Source of the DNA: a virus
Taxonomy: Duplodnaviria > Caudoviricetes
Direction: 5' to 3' (one strand)
Virus record (IMG/VR): IMGVR_UViG_3300021431_004525
Length of the DNA stretch: 64,000 bases
Shown here in pieces: positions 1 to 8,172 of this stretch. How positions within the stretch are numbered: the stretch's first letter is position 1; every line of letters begins with the position of its first letter. The notes under the pieces were generated by a model. The model was not told where the DNA came from. It did no database searches and saw nothing but the letters and a program-made list of their open reading frames with translations. The position numbers and the translations under genes are program-made.

Positions 1-820
1 ACGTGTTTTTGCACGGGCCTAATCGGCTATAAGACCTTTACGTTCACATTAACCAACAATTTCCACTTTTCATGCCGGCACATCTCCTAAATCATCATCG
101 TAATCACTACGTTAATGTAAACTCTCTTAGTACATGCCATTGTCAGAATTATTGCAAATCATTCCGACTGAGTTTATCCTTCTCGTCCCTGCGTTACCGC
201 TTGCCAATCAGGCCCGGTCCGCAATCTGCGCTTGAAGGTTGAGCCACTTTCCGAAAGAGAACGTAGAGAGAACCGGATATGGCATTGCCACTTACACATG
301 CAATGAAAGATTATAATCCAACAATTGACACGGGCGAATTTCATATAGTCCACTGACTTTAATTCGCAAAGGCGATGTGGCTTGTTCTCACTTTGGTCTA
401 TGCTGCGGTATCTGTGCGTCACCGTTTCACCTATATAACGGGCTGCGTTGATTAGCGTCAGCAATAAGCCTTATTTTAAATATGAATTTATATTATACTA
501 ACCTTATTTGTCAAGGCTTGTCCCTTACTCTTATCATAGTTCCAAAGTCTTATATTAATATTAAACAAATCAAATCTTACATGCCCTTTAATTGGGCGGA
601 GGTCTTGTGTCCATATTATTTGAACTATTACGGATTGGTACTAAGGTGGAATATTCCCCACAACCTCCCATCATCCATCGTTGGTTTTACAACTCCGCTA
701 ATACTTTCTTGCGGGTGTCACGGTCATTTGTTTTATTTTGACAATGCAAAGTTACAACAATTTTCTCATATTTCCAAATATTTTATGTTAAAAAGTGTAA
801 AGCCTTATGTTAAAAACCGT

Positions 821-952
821 TTAGTGTTTGCGTTTTCGTTCACCAAAGGATTTAGGGTCATTAGCAATCTCTGTTGCACCGGCTTTCAGCATTTGAGGAA
901 TACGCTCATACTCTCTTTGGGTGAAAAAATTTACGATATAAGGTGTTTCCAT
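821..952 (-). CDS. small hypothetical protein (43 aa, METPYIVNFF...)
   Basis: Translated by hand; below the ORF-track cutoff; AT-rich leader. Confidence 0.45.
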   Translation of the reverse strand: METPYIVNFFTQREYERIPQMLKAGATEIANDPKSFGERKRKH

Positions 953-980
953 ATAGATTGATATTTCTTTTTATTATTTA

Positions 981-1105
981 ATCACGGGGAATTAGCGGTT
1001 GCCGGTTAAGCCCTCACCAGTTTTTGTTTAGACCTCCTTCTTAAACTGCGCAGCGGTTAGGTACTGGGTCTGCTTGGGTTCCGGTCAACCCCGCTATTCC
1101 GTGAT
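981..1105. ncRNA. candidate structured RNA / long imperfect hairpin
   Basis: ATCACGGGGAATTAGCGGTTGCCGG (981-1005) pairs with CCGGTCAACCCCGCTATTCCGTGAT (1081-1105); GC-rich island in AT-rich intergenic DNA. Confidence 0.45.
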
Positions 1106-1129
1106 ATGTTTTACTTTCGTTTATTCTTT

Positions 1130-1456
1130 TCAAGCAGCCAACTTGTTAATAACCTGCTTCAACCTACTTGTCACAAAGCCTTTCGTCTTGTTGTCCTTGA
1201 TGGTGTCGCTCAACATGTCGCAGATATAGTTCAGCGTTGGAATGACATTCTCAGATGTAATGTTTCCGGTACCGACTTTTGCAGCGGCCTTGCTAAGTTC
1301 CTCTCCATGGCTTTCAATTGCAAGAATGATAGCGTCCTTATCCCAAGCATGGATGCCGGTGAATGTGGCCAATGCCTTGCCGTTCTTACACACTACTACG
1401 TTTCCGTTCTTGTCCATCACGTCAAACGTACCTACTTTTGTCACAATCTGTACCAT
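1130..1456 (-). CDS. hypothetical early protein, C-terminal -LAA
   Basis: 108 aa ORF with plausible composition. Confidence 0.75.
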   Translation of the reverse strand: MVQIVTKVGTFDVMDKNGNVVVCKNGKALATFTGIHAWDKDAIILAIESHGEELSKAAAKVGTGNITSENVIPTLNYICDMLSDTIKDNKTKGFVTSRLKQVINKLAA

Positions 1457-1527
1457 AATTCTTAGATGTTTTTATTAATCAATGTTTAACTTAATCTGTC
1501 TACCATACTCATTTGAGTACATGGGGG

Positions 1528-1601
1528 TGACTCCGGCGTGGCTCGAACACGCGACACCAAGTTTAGGAAACTTGTGCTCTATCCAACTGAGCTACGGAGC
1601 C
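1528..1601 (-). tRNA. tRNA-Arg (anticodon CCT)
   Basis: Reverse complement GGCTCCGTAGCTCAGTTGGATAGAGCACAAGTTTCCTAAACTTGGTGTCGCGTGTTCGAGCCACGCCGGAGTCA folds as a cloverleaf; anticodon loop TTCCTAA; no encoded CCA. Confidence 0.95.
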
Positions 1602-1793
1602 TGTTTGTAGGTTTTCCTATTCCACCTACCAAGCCACATGGACTTAACTCTCACCATGTTCTACCGGTCAATTCCGTTTGGGTCAGGACTAATCTAACAC
1701 ACCTCTCGGCTTGTCTGCACTTTCTTAGGGTGCTTGCGGCCTAATTGAAAACCCACTATTGGTAAAACTCCTTCAGCCTATTGTCCTTAGTTT

Positions 1794-2036
1794 TTATTCC
1801 ATTGTCGGCATAAATAGATTTACAAAATGAGCATAAAATAGGCTTGTGGCATCAGCTAATTGACTTATATTTTCATTCTCGGCAGTGATTGAAACAAAAA
1901 CAAAGCCTTCATAGATGTCCTCTTTATATGAAAACTTGGTGCCAAAGGCTGGAAAAACTGAATTGATAAACTCTTTCAGTTGCTCTAATTCTTTTTCATT
2001 TCCACTTTTTTCGATGTTCAAAAGCTGAATCTTCAT
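1794..2036 (-). CDS. hypothetical early protein
   Basis: 80 aa ORF downstream of promoter at 2068; GGAGA upstream. Confidence 0.7.
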   Translation of the reverse strand: MKIQLLNIEKSGNEKELEQLKEFINSVFPAFGTKFSYKEDIYEGFVFVSITAENENISQLADATSLFYAHFVNLFMPTME

Positions 2037-2175
2037 AATCTAATCTCCTATTAATTTAAATTGACACTGCAAAGTTACGAATAATTTTTTAATCTACCAA
2101 ACTTTTTTGCTTAAAGAAGTTTAATGAATTGTTAATTGATGTTAATGTGTACTCATTCGAGTACATGGGGTCTGC

Positions 2176-2481
2176 TCATGCTGCCTCCACGAAGAAGATA
2201 GGATATTTTCCACGTTCATTGTCGCAATTGTAATACCGGAAGTCATTAACGATATTCTCAAAGGTACTGCCATTGGTAAAGGCATTATCCTCAACATGTT
2301 TCTTACTTGTGGGGAAAGGTTTTTGCCACACATTGTTTACACGCATCATGCAAGGGTGCATCCATATAGGTTCACCATTCTCATAGGCTTTCTTTGCCAT
2401 AGGTGCTGTAACTTGTTTCACTTTGTGAGAAATACCATCACAGTCTACCATTTGAAAAGTCATTCCTTTATAGCGTAACAT
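2176..2481 (-). CDS. hypothetical early protein, C-terminal -EAA
   Basis: 101 aa ORF. Confidence 0.8.
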   Translation of the reverse strand: MLRYKGMTFQMVDCDGISHKVKQVTAPMAKKAYENGEPIWMHPCMMRVNNVWQKPFPTSKKHVEDNAFTNGSTFENIVNDFRYYNCDNERGKYPIFFVEAA

Positions 2482-2549
2482 ATTCTTATTTCTAAATAAT
2501 ATTTGTTATTTGTTACTCATTTGAGTACATGGGTAGGTAATGTGGGGGC

Positions 2550-3239
2550 TTATGCGGCCTCCACGTTACACACCTTACCTTTAAGACTACTCTCTTTGTA
2601 ATAGACGGCTTCACCATTTGAGAAAACACCGCCACAGACGTAAACCTCCTCACAGATATACCGGCACACATCGTCGACCTCATCAGATAGTTTTTCTATC
2701 ATACCATTCAGCCACTTCACAAGGTTTTTCCTTTGGATTTTAGCCAATCCGGCATTCCATGTGTCACACCATGAATCGGTGACATTTTCTTGCCATGTGT
2801 CGGCAATATCATCCACAAGAGACTCTATGGAATAATTTTCAGAAATCCGGAAGTGATTACCGTAATTATCAGATATACAAATGTCCCAATCGTAGTTCAT
2901 TCCGGAATAATGACCGCTATGAACATAAATCTCCTGACTGAATTCAAAATTGTTGAAATCCATGTCAGCACCCTTTTTACCGAAAGCATACCATTTAGAC
3001 TTAGACGAAAGACAAGATGCGTGCATACTATCTTGATAGGAGTTACGGTCATTGTAGTCCACAGGGTCAAAACCCTTTTCCTTTGCGCTTTCTTGTGCAA
3101 AGTCGATATCGCAATCATAGTCAATGGAATCCTTAAATACCTCGACCTCCTCCTCAAGTTCATCATCATAAGCGGTTGTTGTATCGCCTACGACATAATA
3201 ATTACGTGCATTGATTTTGTGGAAATTAGGACAACTCAT
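2550..3239 (-). CDS. acidic hypothetical early protein, C-terminal -EAA
   Basis: 229 aa, D/E-rich. Confidence 0.85.
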   Translation of the reverse strand: MSCPNFHKINARNYYVVGDTTTAYDDELEEEVEVFKDSIDYDCDIDFAQESAKEKGFDPVDYNDRNSYQDSMHASCLSSKSKWYAFGKKGADMDFNNFEFSQEIYVHSGHYSGMNYDWDICISDNYGNHFRISENYSIESLVDDIADTWQENVTDSWCDTWNAGLAKIQRKNLVKWLNGMIEKLSDEVDDVCRYICEEVYVCGGVFSNGEAVYYKESSLKGKVCNVEAA

Positions 3240-3253
3240 AATGTAAAGAATTT

Positions 3254-3427
3254 TTATTTGTTATACTTCTCGAATACATAGCCATAAGCAAGAATAGACG
3301 CAAAAAACCCTACAGAAATCGTTAAAAAACTTCTGTACGGATTGGATAAACAGAATACGCTATAGCCTAATATAGCGCACCATATAAGTGTAATAAACAC
3401 TAAAAGAAATCTTTTCTTATTATTCAT
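3254..3427 (-). CDS. small membrane protein (57 aa, two hydrophobic segments)
   Basis: MNNKKRFLLVFITLIWCAILGYSVF...FLTISVGFFASILAYGYVFEKYNK; directly after promoter at 3462. Confidence 0.6.
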   Translation of the reverse strand: MNNKKRFLLVFITLIWCAILGYSVFCLSNPYRSFLTISVGFFASILAYGYVFEKYNK

Positions 3428-3669
3428 ATACCTTAATTTTTAGATGTTATTTGAAATCGGATGCAAAGGTAAGCATAATATTTGAGACCACCAAATTTTC
3501 AGCGTTTTTTTATGATTTGTTAAGGAATACCCATGAATTGTGTTAAAGTAATGTTAAACACCTCAAAATATTTGCATAATTCAAAGAAATGTATTACCTT
3601 TGCAGTGTCAAAAGTTAAGGGAATGACACCCCACAAGTTTAACATCTTTAATTTATAGGAGAGACAAAT

Positions 3670-3957
3670 ATGACTAACAAGGATTTGATTAAGGCTTTTA
3701 TCAACGGCAAAGAGGCACAGAATAAGTCAATGCGTACCAATGGTACAAAGTTGTTCAGTTATTTTACTTGCATCGCTCAGAAGACTTCTGACGGCATTCT
3801 ATTTAACGTCTGCAAGTATAGCACGACAACAAGCAAGCAGCAGACCTACACACGAGATGAACTTGAGATACACGGAAAAAAGTTTACAGAAGTAGGTGCG
3901 GACACATACATACCGCGTGGCACATGCGACCTCACACGCTACCATAAGGCAGCATAA
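3670..3957 (+). CDS. hypothetical early protein, C-terminal -KAA
   Basis: 95 aa; promoter at 3595; AGGAGAG upstream. Confidence 0.85.
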   Translation: MTNKDLIKAFINGKEAQNKSMRTNGTKLFSYFTCIAQKTSDGILFNVCKYSTTTSKQQTYTRDELEIHGKKFTEVGADTYIPRGTCDLTRYHKAA

Positions 3958-4007
3958 GGTTAAAATAAAATTTCATTTTTTTGTTTTTTGAATTTTTATA
4001 TTTATCT

Positions 4008-4045
4008 TTCCCCTTCAGTCCGTGATGGATAGAGGGGGGATTTAT
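4008..4045 (+). terminator. hairpin terminator with inner CAGTCCGnGAnGGATAG motif (second copy 7641-7675)
   Basis: TCCCCTT-CAGTCCGTGATGGATAG-AGGGGGA and TCCGTT-CAGTCCGAGAGGATAG-GACGGA, each followed by T-rich sequence. Confidence 0.6.
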
Positions 4046-4078
4046 TTAACATTTTTTAATAAATAAAAATTGGACATG

Positions 4079-4111
4079 TTGGAAACTATACTTCAAAGTT
4101 TCACCCTTGCC
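4079..4111 (-). ncRNA. 33-nt hairpin motif RNA, copy 1
   Basis: GGCAAGGGTGAAACTTTGAAGTATAGTTTCCAA; just downstream of minus promoter at 4131; no ORF. Confidence 0.55.
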
Positions 4112-4331
4112 CTTTGTCTTTCATTGACGATACAAAGGTACAAAGAATCTTTGAAATATCCAAATAAAAATCAATTTATTTTCAACGGGTTATTGTTTTT
4201 TAACAGAAAATTAACGAATTGCAAAACTATATTAAAAAATCGCCAAAAATTTGGTAGTCTCAGATTTTTGTTGTACCTTTGCATCAGAAATCAAGGAATA
4301 ATTCCGAGATAACATAAATTAGTTTTTTAAT

Positions 4332-4592
4332 ATGGAACGTTTAGAAATAAAAAAGTACGACAAAAATTTCGGTGCATATCTTGTTATTAATACAAGTGAG
4401 TGTGAATCGTGGGCTGTAGATGGTGACAAGCCATTAATTCATGAGGTGACATCAGCCGAGGACTTTATGAATTTAGGTTTAGAGGTCTCAACCGATGGCA
4501 GACCGTTCACAGACCTCAAAATAGGTGAAAAAGTTGCCGATATTGATTTTGGCGGTGACTATGAGGGTGTATATGTAATGAGAGTTGGTTAA
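4332..4592 (+). CDS. hypothetical early protein
   Basis: 86 aa; promoter at 4274. Confidence 0.8.
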   Translation: MERLEIKKYDKNFGAYLVINTSECESWAVDGDKPLIHEVTSAEDFMNLGLEVSTDGRPFTDLKIGEKVADIDFGGDYEGVYVMRVG

Positions 4593-4697
4593 CATCTTTT
4601 AACAATTCTGAAATGCTTTTTAACTAAAATAATTTGCATATTTCAGAAAAATGTATTACCTTTGCAGTGTCAAATTAAAAATCAATTCATATAAGTT

Positions 4698-5045
4698 ATG
4701 GTCAGAACAGAATATCAGATAAAATTGAAAAGCGGCTTATATGTCGGCTTAGTAAATTTCGGCAGAACCTATAAGGCTTGCAAGAAGGCTTGCCGTTTGA
4801 GTGGAATCACGGAAGATACCGCAAAGCGTCTCGCAATGGATTGGGATGGCGAATTAACAGAGTTTACGCTTCTCCCGTGTGTGATGTCCAACTATGGCGA
4901 AGGATGGGACGTGGAATGTTTTTGCGCCACGAAAGAGGAGGCAAAGGCAGACCTTCAATCCTACCGTGAGAATTGCCGTGATGCGGCATTCCAAATAAAG
5001 TGGAAATGGAGTGAAAGATACATCAGCCTCAAGGAGGTTGCATAG
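4698..5045 (+). CDS. hypothetical early protein, C-terminal -EVA
   Basis: 115 aa; promoter at 4657. Confidence 0.8.
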   Translation: MVRTEYQIKLKSGLYVGLVNFGRTYKACKKACRLSGITEDTAKRLAMDWDGELTEFTLLPCVMSNYGEGWDVECFCATKEEAKADLQSYRENCRDAAFQIKWKWSERYISLKEVA

Positions 5046-5221
5046 AGATACGCGAAGGGGTGGCTACCCTTCTATTAGGAAAAGTAACAGAGCCTAACGT
5101 AGAAGCAAGACCAAAGTGTTTACCCTCAAAACATTTTTTAACAATTCATTTAAGTTTCTTTAGCACGAAAAAGTTGCATAATTCAGATTTTATTCGTACC
5201 TTTGTAGTACAAAAATAAAGA

Positions 5222-5254
5222 GGTAGGAGTGAAATCCTAAAGTATGGTCTCCGA
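5222..5254 (+). ncRNA. 33-nt hairpin motif RNA, copy 2
   Basis: GGTAGGAGTGAAATCCTAAAGTATGGTCTCCGA; downstream of promoter at 5197. Confidence 0.55.
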
Positions 5255-5402
5255 CACGAGCCAATTAAAATTGTTAATATTCCTTAATTTTTAACATTCT
5301 TTAACAAAAATAACTGGGCAAAAATTTGTATATTCCAAAAAATTGTCGTACCTTTGCACTATCAAAAATGAATTAGTAATAACCCTTTAATATTAATAAG
5401 GT

Positions 5403-5564
5403 ATGGTAGCAATAAATAAAAATCATCTGAAAATTGGACGTTACACAATCCAACATGATTGGAATGAAGGTTTTGTTGTCCTTGATGAAGAAGGTCAGCA
5501 GTACGGAAGTGGCTACGACCATGTATGTGATGCAATCGAACAAGTTTTGATGTATAACGACTGA
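5403..5564 (+). CDS. small hypothetical protein (53 aa)
   Basis: MVAINKNHLKIGRYTIQHDW...; promoter at 5349. Confidence 0.65.
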   Translation: MVAINKNHLKIGRYTIQHDWNEGFVVLDEEGQQYGSGYDHVCDAIEQVLMYND

Positions 5565-5705
5565 GAATTGTTAAAGGAGGTTAAAACCAGTGTTAAAAAC
5601 TGTAAATCCCTTGGTTATTCCAAAAAATATTCGTAACTTTGCATCGTCAAAATAAGACAAGTAATTCACATTAAGTTTAATTCTAAAAAATAGGAGATTT
5701 AAGTT

Positions 5706-6245
5706 ATGGCAAAAAATTCAGTTGAAACCGCAATTCGTAACGCTGCAAGCAGCAAGGTGGCAGGCAAGTTCAATCTTCCGCAGTACAAGAAAGAAGGTAC
5801 AAAGCATTATGACGAGCGACAGAAGGCACTTCTGCACAAGCGTATCTGTGAGGAAATCGTAGCCTTTGCAGACAGCCACAAGGACATCCCATTCTATTTC
5901 ATCCTTCAAGTAGGTGTCTCTAAGGGTGCTTTCAAAATGTCGGAGTTTGAGAAGGGTTACAAGCAGTTCAAGGCTTGCAAGGTGGAGCAAGTTCACATGA
6001 TGGGCATGGAGTACAACAAGTACAACGGACTTGAGGGAAAGAAGATGTCAGACGTGACCATCCGTTTGGTGATGCGTTACTACGAGAAAGTTAGCAGTGA
6101 TTTCGTGACGTTCATCAACGACCTCAACAAGTCCGAGAAATTGGGCAAGCAGTGTGGGGCACGCGGCAATTACGAAGCACTCTGCAAGAACCTTAATATC
6201 CCCGTCAAGGAGACCGAGGACAAGCCAATGGCAGATGCAGCCTAA
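5706..6245 (+). CDS. hypothetical early protein, C-terminal -DAA
   Basis: 179 aa; promoter at 5634; AGGAG upstream. Confidence 0.85.
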   Translation: MAKNSVETAIRNAASSKVAGKFNLPQYKKEGTKHYDERQKALLHKRICEEIVAFADSHKDIPFYFILQVGVSKGAFKMSEFEKGYKQFKACKVEQVHMMGMEYNKYNGLEGKKMSDVTIRLVMRYYEKVSSDFVTFINDLNKSEKLGKQCGARGNYEALCKNLNIPVKETEDKPMADAA

Positions 6246-6246
6246 A

Positions 6247-6262
6247 TGTTCCACGTGGAACA
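6247..6262. promoter_or_regulatory. parS-like palindrome TGTTCCACGTGGAACA
   Basis: Perfect 16-bp palindrome fitting the bacterial parS consensus TGTTNCACGTGNAACA. Confidence 0.7.
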
Positions 6263-6379
6263 TCAACCAAAGGGGAAGGGTATAACGCTCTTCCCTTAAT
6301 TTTTTTAACTATGTTAAAAGTGTTAATTTGCTTGCGTAATTCAATTATTTTTTGTACCTTTGCAGTAGAAAAATTAAAA

Positions 6380-6412
6380 GGTAGGGGTGAAACTCTAAAG
6401 TATAGTCTCCAA
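6380..6412 (+). ncRNA. 33-nt hairpin motif RNA, copy 3
   Basis: GGTAGGGGTGAAACTCTAAAGTATAGTCTCCAA; downstream of promoter at 6355. Confidence 0.55.
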
Positions 6413-6604
6413 TACACCCCATTATATAAATGTGAATTTTATTTAATATTATATGAATGTTATATAATTTTAACATTTTCGTACTATACTATCAGAAATG
6501 TTAATTTAATGTTAAACATACGAATTTCCTTGGTTATTTGAAAAAATTGTATTACCTTTGCATCACAATTAAAAAACAAGTTAAACATTCAAATATTAAA
6601 TAAT

Positions 6605-6862
6605 ATGTTCGGAAAAGGTTCTAAATATAGTTTCAATGGTGACGGCAATTTAGATTGTCAGTTTCTCACCTCCACCTTTGAGGATGGATATCCATATTCT
6701 GTAGGTGTCGTGAATCATACCAAAAAAACGGTTAACCCTGTTCATGGCTACCACTACCCAAACAGATGCGCAAAAGGTCTTATGAACTATGCGCTTAAAT
6801 TAGGCTACACCTATGAGGACAGCGAAATGCCAAACAAATTGAATAAAACAATTAAAAACTAA
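6605..6862 (+). CDS. hypothetical early protein
   Basis: 85 aa; promoter at 6553. Confidence 0.75.
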   Translation: MFGKGSKYSFNGDGNLDCQFLTSTFEDGYPYSVGVVNHTKKTVNPVHGYHYPNRCAKGLMNYALKLGYTYEDSEMPNKLNKTIKN

Positions 6863-6867
6863 ATGAT

Positions 6868-6990
6868 ATGATATACTTTGTAAATGGTAAGGCTAAATTT
6901 GCCTTCGGTGACAAGTCAATGAACGACCATGCAAGACAAGTCATGGATAATCTGAAATGTAAAGAAACCGGAAAAAGATTTGCTGCTTAA
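6868..6990 (+). CDS. small hypothetical protein (40 aa), C-terminal -FAA
   Basis: MIYFVNGKAKFAFGDKSMNDHARQVMDNLKCKETGKRFAA; translated by hand. Confidence 0.65.
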   Translation: MIYFVNGKAKFAFGDKSMNDHARQVMDNLKCKETGKRFAA

Positions 6991-7083
6991 CATTCTTTAG
7001 CACGGAATATTTGCATATATCAGATTTTATGACTATCTTTGCACCATCAAATTTAAGTTTAACGTTTTAATTCATTTAAAGTT

Positions 7084-7608
7084 ATGGCATACGATATTAA
7101 CAACATCATGGCAAAGGAAAACGCAATGCGCGACCCTAAGAACGTAACAGAATGGAAACAGCAACGAGAAATGTTACGCGACTATCTGATACCCATCAGC
7201 ACTGCTGAAAACGTCTCTGTGGGCGAAATATACGGCTTCTGCCCCTATATCATTTATGTAAGGATGGACGCACTGAAGCGAGAGGATTGGCCGAATAACA
7301 TCGCCGAAAATTCCATCTATATCGACTTTAAAATAGACCTTTTTAACAAAAAGGTGGAAGTACATCAAAATGGGCATATTTGGCTTTCACCATACGACAA
7401 AACAACACCAAAGTACAAGTATCTCGCCATGAAGTCAATGCAAGACGTATTGGTCGACAATGGTGGCAAGAAGTTCCGCAAACAGGGCTATAAGGACATT
7501 AAAGACCTTGCCAACAAAATGCAGAAGTATTACGCACAAGTCATGGAAGCCGTCAATGACTACACCGATGGCTATCCATACAAACAAGGAACAAAACAAG
7601 CGGCATAA
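7084..7608 (+). CDS. hypothetical early protein, C-terminal -QAA
   Basis: 174 aa; promoter at 7034. Confidence 0.85.
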   Translation: MAYDINNIMAKENAMRDPKNVTEWKQQREMLRDYLIPISTAENVSVGEIYGFCPYIIYVRMDALKREDWPNNIAENSIYIDFKIDLFNKKVEVHQNGHIWLSPYDKTTPKYKYLAMKSMQDVLVDNGGKKFRKQGYKDIKDLANKMQKYYAQVMEAVNDYTDGYPYKQGTKQAA

Positions 7609-7721
7609 ACAGATTTTTTAAATTAATACTATGTTGTTAGTCCGTTCAGTCCGAGAGGATAGGACGGATTTTATTTTACTTACATTTTGAAACATAAATT
7701 AACATATTATCAATGGATGGG

Positions 7722-7783
7722 TCGGAGATTATACTCTAAGGTGTCACCCTTACCAATCATCCATCGTTGGTTTTACAACTCCG
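7722..7783 (-). ncRNA. 62-nt structured RNA containing copy 4 of the 33-nt motif
   Basis: CGGAG...CTCCG closing stem; first 28 nt identical to 670-697; motif GGTAAGGGTGACACCTTAGAGTATAATCTCCGA at 7722-7754. Confidence 0.55.
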
Positions 7784-7796
7784 AAACTCGTTTGTG

Positions 7797-7939
7797 TGAC
7801 TCATTGGGGAATCGAACCCCAAAGGTGAACATTTTTGCCGACAGCACCATCTGTTTCCGACTACTCATGCGCTGACACCATACTTTATCATAGGATTGGT
7901 AGTCCTAAAAGCCTCCAAGCCAGCCTTATCGTTTGAGCC
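7797..7939 (-). ncRNA. tRNA-like RNA (143 nt) with oversized variable region
   Basis: Acceptor GGCTCA/TGAGTC; T arm TGGGG-TTCGATT-CCCCA; anticodon-like arm TAGGA-CTACCAA-TCCTA; promoter at 7979. Confidence 0.6.
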
Positions 7940-8172
7940 TTTGTTATTTGAAAGAACGCCTTTTATTTCTTTTGACGATGCAAAGGTACAAAATAATCTT
8001 GAATTTCTATGTTAATTGACTGTTAAAAATTCGTTAAAAAACGTTCAATTGTTAAATAAACTAAATCCACTAAAAATAAATTCATTTTTTCTTGCATATA
8101 TCAGTTTTTTTCCGTACCTTTGCATCGTGAAATTAAAACAAATAGTAATAACTCTTTAATACATTATTTATT

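Larger units (their letters stand above)
1506..2533. repeat. 3 copies of 20-bp hairpin repeat TACTCATT(T/C)GAGTACATGGG
   Basis: Copies at 1506-1525, 2150-2169 and 2514-2533, each just 3' of a minus-strand gene. Confidence 0.9.

Noticed and set aside
482-961. 159-aa plus-strand ORF and the other short antisense ORFs in the track (e.g. 1538-1744, 61145-61852, 36479-37159)
   Set aside because: They overlap promoters, tRNA or well-supported genes on the other strand and have non-protein-like composition. 1538-1744 also ends in AA but was excluded from the degron count.
1506-2533. CRISPR array from the 20-bp repeats or the 33-nt motifs
   Set aside because: Copies are hundreds to thousands of bp apart, separated by genes, and no cas genes are present.
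4079-6412. Group I/II intron or hammerhead fragments (AAGTATAGTC, GTGAAA)
   Set aside because: Resemblance is limited to a few nucleotides; no interrupted gene or other core elements.
7797-7939. tmRNA
   Set aside because: Too short; no tag ORF ending in AA; no G.U alanine determinant at position 3:70.
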